64,000 bases of DNA, taken from NCBI GenBank assembly GCA_964016885.1, contig OZ024747.1, positions 68,572,001 to 68,636,000 on the forward strand, written 5' to 3'. The notes under the pieces were generated by a model. That model saw only the letters and a list, made by a program, of their open reading frames with translations, was not told the DNA's origin and did not search any database. Positions 24,101 through 36,100 of this stretch are shown one piece after another (positions within the stretch are counted from its first letter, which is position 1; each line of letters starts with the position of its first letter). The DNA is from Eledone cirrhosa. Lineage: Eukaryota. A program made the translations under genes and the position numbers.

Positions 24101-27100
24101 AGCCCTTGGGAGCTTTTACTAAAGTTAACTCTGTTGCAAGCATTTGGGCTAGGTCTTTGGTTTAGGGAGACCTTCTTCACTCCCTTCCATCAGTTTTGGA
24201 GGCCCTGTAAAAAGTCATGGACACTGTTCTTCCTTGTTTGCTTAAAAAGTAAAAAAAAAATACCTTTGATCAAAGATATTTCAATTTTGATCACCTTGTA
24301 AATTTTTTTCCTGGCATAACATTTATTGGATTTTAAGCCTTATTTTAAAGATGACAAGGGTGTTATTTGAGGAAGATTTGACTTATTTTCTAGCTAGTCA
24401 AGAAAGAATCTGTCTAGAGGCTTCCTAGAAGACAGTTAAACACTGCTACTTAGCTCAAATTTCATGATGTTAAATAAATGGATGATAGCTTGCCAGTCTA
24501 TTTTAGGCAAAATTTTCAGCTGTATCAGGTTCTTTATCATATAATTTTAAGTGTGCTGCCCAAACTCACAACATATTGGCTACAATAAGTTTGGGCTCAA
24601 TATCATATCATTATGATCATCACATTTGCATTCACTTTTTCATGCTAGCATGAGTTGGATGAGACTTATTTGTGGCAATGTTTTTACGACCGGATCCCCT
24701 TCCTGATGCCAATCCATACTTTATATCAAGTAAGGTGTATTCTGCTGATGTCTGTTGAACAAACCTCTACATTGCTTATGAGTGATTGTAAACAAACTTT
24801 ACTGCTTGCTTTCAAATAGTGGCCACATGAAGTTGTTTGTGGGAACTGACTAACACACACATTTTTTCTTTATCTCTCCATATATATATATATATATATA
24901 AATATATGAATATATGGTTTTAGTTGAATTTCATGATGAATTTCAGTTTGTACTGATAAAAGTACATACATCTTCCACATATTCGAAGTAGTTTCTCCCA
25001 ACATATGATTGTGTGCTGAAAAACACCATCACCACAACTACATGAAAGCTGGGCCATACACCTGCATCAACCATTGCATGCCATGACAGTAACCCCACGA
25101 CTCCAAACAGGAAAACATCTTAACATATTTTTCAAGAAAAGAACAGAGGAGCTTTATTCCACCATTTAAACACAAACTGTGGTTTCACTCATTGAATTGT
25201 AAGCAATTTATATTTTTAAATAGATATCATGTATGACATACTTTCTAAGATTTCATTTTTTTTTCTTTTTGACTTTTAGTGTTGAATCAGAACCTGTTTT
25301 TGAAATGGAAGTAAGTCATATTCTATATCTTAAGAAATCACAGTTACTATTATATCTCTCTCTCTATATATATAATATATATATATTCACTGTTTTACGT
25401 CCATTTTTCCATGCTAGCATGAGTTAGATGAGTTGCCCTGTTGTGAGAAATGTCAGGTGACCATGGCTTGTTCATACAGAACTGCTTTTGGCTTGGTTTC
25501 TACAGCTAGATACCCTTCCCACCCTAACACCAACCTCATTTACAGTGTGTGCTGGGTGCTTTTTGTCGTGACACCGACATAACCACTTTATAGTGTGGGC
25601 TGGATCCTTTTTGTTGTGGCACCTACATGACCACTTCACAGTGTGTGCCGGTGCTTTTTGTCATGACACCTATACAACCACTTTGTAGTGTGGGCTGGGT
25701 GTCTTTTGTCGAGACACCTACACAACCTATTCCACATATATATATATATATATATATGGTATAAATCAAGTTGTAGCTACAGTAGGTCAGATACCAATTG
25801 AATCAAAACCTGTTGAGCAAATATTTGGTTAAGATTAAAAGTTTTAACTTTTAATCTGTGCTAATGATAATTTATATCTATCTACTACCTGTATGTGTGT
25901 GCAGTGAGACTGAACCTGAAACCATGTGGTTGTGATTAACCACACTGTTATATATATATTTGTTTTGTGAGGTGTGTGTTCATGTATGAATATTTATATA
26001 AATTATATTTTTATCATTATCATCTTCATCATTTAACAACAATAAACAGAATTGTTTCTTGGTAAACGTATTTTGTATTCAAGTTACTTTTCTTCCACTA
26101 CCCTCAACAAATGTTATGAAATATATGTATGTACCATTAAAATATTTCTTTTGTTTTACAGGAGTCTACAAGTAGTGACAATTCATTGCAAAGTATTTTC
26201 ACATCTGCATTTGTTGCATATTGCCACAAAAAAATAGTAAGATTTTATTTTTATTTCTTGACAAATTATTTACTGAAGTACAACTCTTGTTTTTTGTTTT
26301 GTTAAACTTTGAAAAAAAATCATTATACTTTTATATTTTGCCTTTTGATAATTCAACTTCCATCTAAATGGCTATCATAGTACTGCATATATATAGAGCT
26401 GTTTGGCCCTTTTCTTATCATTTTCTAATGAAAGACACTTCCTATGATTTTTAAAAATAATTGTGAAAATATAAAAAAATTTGGAGGGATTCAACTGGTG
26501 TTTGGAATATAACTTTTCAAAGGTTCGTACTGGTGGATGACAGGCAGATGAAATATAGAGAATATTGAAAGTGAAGAAGGACAAGAAGTAGTGTGTCTCT
26601 CTTCCGACCACTGGCCTCTGTCCTTTGGGTCATTTTTGCCTCTCACTGTCATTGACAGCATTTGACTGTTTTAACAGCTGTTCTAGTGACGAGTTTTTTC
26701 ATTTTTATATGAATATTATTATGATTGTTTAATTTCAATATATTTGCATCTAATATTATATCTTGTAACATTTTAAAAATCTTATCAAATATTCATATAT
26801 GAAAATCTATCTGTTTTATTAGAAAAAAGCTGAAGGTCTTTTAACAAAAGCTTTTCCTACATACATGACTCAAGAATTTGAACTAGAAACCAATGTAACT
26901 AAAGTGTTGCCAGTTAAAACTTCTGAACTAGACAGCATAATTGCTCAAACTAGTTTGTCCATTATTGATGATTATCCATCAGCAGACCCAAGATGGGCTG
27001 AATCTTCGAAAGGAACAGGTTTGTTGTTTCTCTATACAATTATTCTTGTTGATTTTTAACTCTCAGTTAATTCTAATCCACTGAGATTTCATGGCACTTC

Positions 27101-30100
27101 ATCACCCAACAATCATTTCTAAACCACACAGCCATACTGCACCCACATTATTAATATTATTTATTGTTAATTGATTATTCTTTACTTTGTGAGTACAAAT
27201 TCCTATGATAACTCAAAAGTTGTCTTGCCTTATAAATGAAGTTTGGATTTTTGCCCATTTCTCAGACATAAAATGGTTGGGTGGTCGGCTTATATTTGAG
27301 TATATATGATCATTTCTCAATAAGCGTCTTCTATATACACAGTTGAATGGTGGCTGATAATCATTTCCAGAAAAGTAACTCCCATGTACGTCAATACTCA
27401 TCCTTTTCCATTTTTAGAGGGTTTTAACTCTGTGGCATTTAAACCGGCTGTATCCGGCCAGAATTCTCTCACCTCTATCTGTTCAAACCAGCCATAACTG
27501 GCCCCTCATACCGAATTTAAGGTATTGTTCTCAAAATAAATAATATAAAAATCTCATAGATTCGATATTATGTGAGGTAAAGCCTTTTCTGTGAAAATAC
27601 AATTGTAAATATAGAGTAATGTGAATGCTAAAGGGTTAAACCCCAGTAGCAGACTAAAAATTCTTTAGTCAAAAATACAGTGAAAGCTTCTATTTTTTAC
27701 TAAATTTAAAACTTTGCTTGCTGTTTCAAAACAAACTTGTTTTGTAATTAACTAGTATTTTGCCACCAACTTTAAGTTATGATTAACGTTTTGTTTAATT
27801 TTTTTTTTTTCTTTATTATATTTTCAGTTCAAGACTTTGGCTACAAAAGTTCCAACCTGATCTTGAAACAGTTAGAAAAGAAATTAAACTTGCATGAACT
27901 GTTCAATAAATTTTTGAGACATTTTAATCTAACAGACAAGGTAAGACGGAGAATCATCTTGTTTTAATAATGATCTTGATTGATTGAATCAATCAACAAG
28001 ATCTATCTTATACCTCACTCGCTTACTGATTGGTGGGGATCTCATCAAATTGAACCAAGGAAACAATGTTTCCATTGATCTTTCCATTGCTGATACTATC
28101 TACCAGCCGCAACTCCTGGCAGAAAGAGCAATGTGAAATAAAGAGTCTTGCTCAAGGACATAATGCATTGTCTGGTCTGGGAATAAAACTCAAATCCTCA
28201 CAATTGCAAGTCCAAATCTCGACTCATGAAGCGACACACCTTCAATAATGATCTGCCTTCATCTTATTTTCCAAGAAACTCAAATTCACAAACTAGTTTT
28301 TTAACTGAGCTGAATTTTTCTCTCATATAATTTATTTTAGCTTTATATGTCCTTAGAATTACAAATACTGTAGTTATAATTTGTTATTTGTTTTTGACTT
28401 GTCAATATCATTTACTTTATATCTAGTTAAATTCCGTTCCTGTACGTGATGTGATGATGGATACCACAAGGTTTCTCTGTGAAAATGGAGAAAAACTTGC
28501 TGCAATGATAGCTCTACGGAGTAGTGAACAAGAATATAAATTCTTAGAAGAAATGTAAGTTCTTTATTATCTACTTCAGAGGTTCTCAAAGTGGGCGCTA
28601 CCGCCTCCTGGGGAGTATTGAGAAGGTGGGGGGTGGGGCTAGAGATGATATAATAGTATATTAAATATCAAATCATACATATTAAATATAAATATAGTAA
28701 AATAATATATATTTATTTATACTTGGAATATATTGTATAAATTAATGATTTTATTTATTATATATTATTTATAGTGAAGGTGTGTGGCTGAGTGGTTAGA
28801 GAATTGGATTCACAATCTTGAGGTTTTAGTTCGATTCCTGGACCGGGCAATGCGTTATGTCCTTGAGCAAGACACTTTATTTCACGTTGCTCCTTCTACC
28901 TGGAGTTGCGACCGATAGATAGTATTAGCAATTGGAAAGACCAACGGAAAGATTGTTTCCTTGGTCCGAGTTGACGTAAGTCGATTCATTCCTTATTATT
29001 TACAATTTGTGTGTAGGCAGGTCTCTCTGGAAATAGGATTGTGGAGCACTGAGGGTATTACGTGTCTGTGAGGAGGCGGTGGCCCCAAAAGTTAAAGAAC
29101 CTCTGATCTACTTGCGAAAGATAAACATAAGATGGAAAATTCATTAGATTTTGTTTTTGTTGCTGAAATACTCTTTTACTTGTTTTAACCATTCACCAGT
29201 GACCATGCTGGGGCAACTGCTATATATTTGTAATACAAGGCTGACTATGAAGGATTGATGCTAGAGCTGTGAAATCTTGCATGCATTAATTTCAACTCGT
29301 CTTAGCAATAACTGCATTGTTTCTTTCCAAGGACTATGTTGAAAAACAAACCTCATTCGGTTATTCCATCAGCCTATGCAGGATTGATGTTAGAGATGTG
29401 AAATCTTGCATGCATTAATTTCAACTCTTAGCAATGACTGAATTGTTTCTTACCAGAGACTATGTTGAAAAACAAACCTCATTTGGTCATTCCATGAGAG
29501 TATCTTGATCCACCTATGATTTTTCAGCTCATCCTTGTACATATAAACTGTTATGTATTTCTAATTTTTATTTTCTCTCTTTTGTTAAAGATCCTTACTT
29601 GCAACATTAATAAAACGAGTTATTGAAAGAAAAGGTGAAACACAACACTCAATTAACCTCACTCACTTTGATTTGTTCTACCGTGAGGTAAAATATACAA
29701 TTATCAGTTTGCTTTTATTTTCAAAATGCTGTTAGGTTGTTTTCTTTTTGTTTATGAATATAATATGACTATATTACTAGACAGATTGATTCTAGTGGTT
29801 TCTTTCCTCAAACATCTCTTTTATGGAACTTTCTTCCTTTGTATTTCTCCTGATGGATATAATCTTAATTCAGTTAATATCTTTTGTCAATCATGTTCTG
29901 ATTTCTAGGGCAGTATCTCCTTTGATTTTTTTTTTTCCTTTTCTACTATATATTTGAAATGCTCTGAAACAGTGCTTCCTAGATAAAATGGATTTGATTT
30001 TGAAAATCTGTGTCCTGAGGATAAGGTTTTGGGGTACATAGAGTTTCTAAATTTTGAAAAGAATAAAAGAAAAGCTCCCTAAAAAATATAAAATAGTAAT

Positions 30101-33100
30101 ACTATCAACGACGGTTGCTGTGACAATTTAAAGAGTCTGATTTTTATTGATCATCTCATGCATTCCATCAATGTGACCTTATTATTATATTCAGCCATGC
30201 TATCAGCAGTGGGCATTGTTTTCACTATAAGGTAGATAGTTATCCTCACAAAGGTCACCCAGTGTTTACATGAAGATACACTAAAGTACACACCAAGCCA
30301 CTGATACCACTTTAACATACAGCTCCACTGAGTAAGTTTCCATAGAAACCACCTTAGGGACGATTGACAATTCACAGGGAATAAGTAAAGAGAGATGAGG
30401 CACAGGAGAGATATGGTCTGACATGGAATAAAAAAAAAATTGAAAGAAGGGCATTCTATGGTGAAAATTACCCAGCAACACTGTTAGTCTTTTATAAATC
30501 CCAACAAATTAATGGTTACTTTGGGTCATCTGTTTTGCTGGTTACATGCTGCTTTGCTAGGAATAGCTTCCAATAAAATAATATTTTATATTTAATCTGA
30601 TATATTTTTATATTTCCTGAAACTTTATATAATTTGATATTGAGTTATTATTTTATTTGTTTTGCAAGGTTTTTTTATATGAATTCGTCTGTTGAAACAG
30701 ATATTGTTATATTTGGGGAGGGCCATGTCCTAATATTGCCAGAAAAAATAGTAAAACACACTCACTGTTTGGTTTGGTTTTTCGCTTCAGTATATTTTTA
30801 TATTTCTATAAATAATTTAGCTTGGCAATTAATGTTTATCATTGATTGACCAATAGTTAAAAATATGAAACTATATTTATATTTTTAACTATTGGTCAAT
30901 CAATGATAAACATCAATTGCCAAGCTAAATTATTTATAGAAATATAAAAATATACTGAAGCAAAAACCAAACCAAACAGTGAGTGTGTTTTACTATTTTT
31001 TTTTTGGCATTATTACAACAACATGACCCTCCCCAAATATAACAATAATAGTTCTTTTATTTTTTGAACTCCTTTGTATTATTACTAAAATGTAATGCTA
31101 CTTTACATTATTGTGTCCTACCAGGTTTCTTGTGTTAGTGATATCTTCTGTGAGTGTCTGGAATATGAACATGATCGTTTAACAGCAGATATGGATCCTA
31201 AACATATAGTGAATCTTGTGATCACTATAAATGAGCTAATAATGGTAAGTCAGCCATGCAAATACTTGTTTTAACAGTCACAAATTTCAAGATATCATTA
31301 ACCATGCAAAAATTATTAGCAACTATTTTTTTCTCTTTTCTTTAAAGACAGTAATTTATGTTTACTAGGATTTTTTTCAACGCATATGTGTATATGTGTG
31401 TGTGTGTGTATGTGCATATACATACATTTATATGTATCAGTATCATCATCATCATCATTTTACGTCCGCTTTTCCCTGCTTGCAAGGGTGGGACGGGCAG
31501 TATATAAATATAAACATGCAAACTCAAACACACTTACAAAAATTCACACTCAGACATACATTCACACAAACACATACACAGCATAGCAAATGGAAAGTCA
31601 GCTGCTATTTTGCTATAGTTTTTTCACCACTCCCTTCCTTTCTTTTACACACATATACATTCATGCAGGCAGCAGACGTAAATTACTTTTGAGTGTAAGA
31701 TTACTTGCTCAGTGAAATTATAAACAAGACTGGTGTAATTTCATGGGAAAACATGAAATTACACCGGTCTTGTTTATAATTTAGTCCTAGAAATTGATAA
31801 TATATGCACTAATAGTTTAATAATTGAAAAATTCATCTAATTGTATCTATGTAACTGAAATTTAATCTTGTCAAACAAATCCTCAAAAGTTCTAGTTTTA
31901 ATTTGACTTGGAATTTTTATGGCAATTGTTAGTAAGTAATTTTTATTTTATTTGTTTCTTTAACAGTATGTATTACAGCAAGCTTTGCGATACCGTTCAA
32001 ATAAACTAGATTATTATAGCCGTTTTATTGATGTGGCTATTGAGACAGAGTATATTCCTTGGACATGTTCAGTGAATAGACAGGGAATGAGGGCTTTGCT
32101 AAAAAAGCAGGTAATACCTTCACTTACTATTTTTTCATGGTTTATCACTTTAGATTGTTATATTGAATATTGTAATTTGTTTAGAGAGAGAGTGTGTGTG
32201 TATGTGACAGAATGATAATAACTGAATTGAAAAATTTAAGCAGGCAAACCAGGAAATTTAGAGAGAAAAATCAAGAAACTACTGACAATGTACCAAATCC
32301 ACCACTCCAAAGCAATCATAAACACAATATACCTTAATAAATAGAAAACTACTACAAAACAATGAGTTGAACTGGAAAAGCACATAGAAGCAGAGGGAGA
32401 TTGCTAAATATATACAGTATAACATGTCAAACTGAGGGTCCCCCAAGGGCCACATGTGTTGTCTGTGGGCCACACATGACAACTAATTGCTCACTTTACA
32501 ACTAATTTTACAAAAATAAAACATGCTTGCACTGTAAAAATCTTTGTGCAGGTTGCAGGTGTGCTTGTAAAGGGCCTCATGCAGCCTGCGGGCCACATGT
32601 TTGTCATGCCTGCTGTATATATCATCATCTTCGTTTAACGTCCGTTTTCCACGCTAGCATGGGTTAGACGGTGTATATACTCGAATATAAGCTGAGGAAT
32701 ATGACAATAAAATCAATAGTAAAATGGGGTGGTTGTTTTATATACGCCATCTAAATAATGTGTTAATTTGCTGCTTCTGCTTATAAATGATTTTTATCCA
32801 ATCCTCAGAAATAAAATAGGAGGGTCAGGTTATATTTGAATATATATGGTAATAAGGAAATATAGGGAGAAAATTCTTCATATACAAGAAGACAATAATA
32901 TGATTTTGAATGAAACAATTCAGAGCCTGAATTCAATCTGTTGCAAGCATTCAGACCAGCTTTGAGGACACCTTTCTCCTTCCCTCCCACCAATCTAGGA
33001 TGCCCTGAAAAGTGTCATGGGCTCTGGCTTTCTCTTTCTGATTAAACAGTAGAAAATATTAGACGTGTTAGAAATCAATTCATTTATTCATTCAGCTCCA

Positions 33101-36100
33101 TCGCATTCTGTGGAGCATAGGCCATTGACAACCTTCCGCCATCTCATACGATCCTGGGCTGCTCTCACCACTCCACTCCAGTTGGCTTCCAGTTTTCTTA
33201 ATTCAGGCTCAGTGTCATGCCTCCAGCTACAGTGGGGCCAGCCTCTCTTCCTGTTACCCTGCGGGCTCCATGTCAGGGCTTGGTGTATGATGTTGGGTGC
33301 TGGTTTGCTGAGGGTATGTCCAATCCAGCTCCACTTAACTAATATTGATTTATGTTTGTCTTCTATCAGTGTTCAATGACTATGGAACATGGTGTTGTAA
33401 ATGCTCAAGATCATCATTATCGGACTACCCTTTTCAACCAGTTGACTGATTTGGCAGATATCCTCCTGGATGGTTATACTTCTCAACTAACATCTCTAGA
33501 AAAGTATGACAAAACAAGTTCTCGTTATACTCAGCTATGTAAAATGTATGAAGATGATCGTGCACTTCTTACATCTATGCTCAGTAAGTATTTTTATTTG
33601 TTTTAAATAACTTGTTTGTCATCTTCATTTTCATTAATGTTATTGTTTCCATTAATATACTGGATAAGGGCGGTGAATTAGCAATATCTGTAGAGCGTCA
33701 GACACCATGCTTTGTAGCATAGAGTTACATGTCTTTGCGTTCAAATCCCACCGAGGTTAGCTTTGCCTTTCATCCTTAAGGGATCTATTTAATCAACTTT
33801 CCCTCCCCCAAAATTGTTGGCCTTGTGCCTAAATCAGAAACCATTAATGTTCTGGATTGTAGTGAGCTAGTTGTTAAGTCCCATGTCAGCTTTGATTCAG
33901 CAGATGTATGATTAAAAACTTTCCAGTTGTGGCCAGCTCATCTTGTTTTCAGGAATATTGTATCTAGAAACTACATTATTAACCTGTATATAGAGGGGGA
34001 ATATCAGGTGTAGTGTTTTCAAATTTCAGGAAGCATGGAAGTTTTTATGTAAACGCTTTCTTTAAGGCATTTGCTAAATGTTATATTTCTCAATTACTTC
34101 AAAGTAATTTCCAAGGCTCAAAATATATTTAAAGAAAATTTAGAGTGGTCAAATTTAAAATGGGAAGTATGGGTTGCCACAAGGTAAGGCATCCTGCCTT
34201 AGATAGTCTACCAAAAAAATAAGTCTCATCAAATCCATGCAAACATGGAAAAGCAGACATAAAAAGGACAATGATAATGAGCTATATTTTTTGTGTAATA
34301 TAATGATAAAATTTGTTAGCCTTTAAAAATCCTCATCATCATCTACATCCAATGAACCGGTTAAGACCATTTTGTAGGTGAGGAATTATGGCTAATATAA
34401 TTGACTACTTTGTTGGTCAACTGGATCTCTCTTTCAAAATAATGATGATAGTGTTGTTTTATATCCCTACTTTGTTTTTTGGAAAGGTTTGCAAATTAGT
34501 CCCCACTCATCATCGTAATTATTTAGCATCCATTTTTCCCTCTTTCTTACTCAGCGAAACTTACCTAGTTTAAAGGTTATTTCCATCTTCAAGCTTATAT
34601 ACCTGCAGTATACTTATCACTGTTGCAGATTCTATTTCAGAACATATTTAACCCTTTAGCATTCGCATTACTCTATATTTACTCTAGTATGTTTGCGGTA
34701 AAGGCTTTATCTCACATAATATCGAATCTATGAGATATTGATGTTATTTATTTTGAGAACAATACCTTAACATCAGTATATGTGGCAAGTTATGGCTGGT
34801 TTGAAAAGAAAGAGGTGAGAAAATTCTGGCCGGATATGGCCGGTTTAAATGCTAAAGGGTTAAATTATTTCCTATTTTATTATATTCTGTATTTTAGTGA
34901 ATCATCAAGAATACTCAAAAGCTGCATCTTTGGCTGAAAAATATTATGACTTCAATACTTTAGCTAAAGTCTGTGACATTACAGAAGATAATAAAAGACT
35001 TGAAAAATATTGTATGCTGTTTGTACACAAAGTAGGTTGTTTTTTTTTACTGTTTTTATCTTTTTTTTTTCTTCACTGTTTTTATAGGCTTTTTGTTTCT
35101 CTTCACCTTACCAGCAAATGTGCAATGATAGCATTTGCAAATATTGATATTTACAAATAATTGGAATAAATTTTGGTTGGATGTTTTACTTGGAGACTGT
35201 TACTTCTGACAGGACCCATTGGAGGGAGTATTTGAGGACTCAATGCCGCAATGACCCTCTCACGAATAAGAGGGCAAAGAAAAGGAGGAGAAGAAGATGT
35301 CCTTTGTTTGGAATCATGGAAGCTTATATACCTGCAGTATACTTATATAAATTCATCTAAAAATGTTTGGCTATATAACAATTTGTATATAATAGTAAAT
35401 GTGTTACTGGCAACTTTAACAAGGTATAACATTTTGTAGATGTGAAGGTTTTGTCTTAGTAATAAAATTACTCTCCCCATTCCACAACCCCCCTCAGGAA
35501 TAAGTGGGCGAAGAAGAAGAATAACATTGTTATAACAATATTATATACAGTTTAAATGTTGTTGTTAATTTATTTTATTTTTCTATTATTTCAGGGTTTC
35601 CGTAAAAGCATGTATGATTATTATTTAAATACGGGTAAGATCTGAAATATTTAAATTTTAGTTATTAGAGTTAATTTCATGTTGTTTTTGTGATTCAAAC
35701 CTGCAAAGGTTTTATTGGCCTCTTATGAAATATATCTATCTCTTAAGGAAATTTCTTAGGTGTTGTAATGATAAGGACCCTAATCGTTTCATGTCACCAT
35801 TTTTCTGGAGGTGACACTTATATTCAGAATGTACTGAGCCAGATGTACTGTCATGATGTTGTATATTTCTTGTATCACATTGAAGCTGCAGCTGCAATAG
35901 GGTAGACACTAGTTGAATTATTTGAAACAGTCCCTAAGCATTCAATGGTGTGAGGAATTAATTAATTTCGCTATCAGAGTGAACACATTAAGTTATATGA
36001 GAGAAACACAATGAATAATATATAGACCAGGTGTATGTAGCCATAGTATATAACAACAACAATGAATACCAAAAGGGTAATATATATAATAGAAAAAAAA

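Noticed and set aside
32920-33050. Intronic H/ACA snoRNA paralogs (with 24085 and 41183)
   Set aside because: Only one copy ends in ACA-NNN, and a fourth copy is intergenic on the opposite strand. Better explained as an old interspersed repeat.
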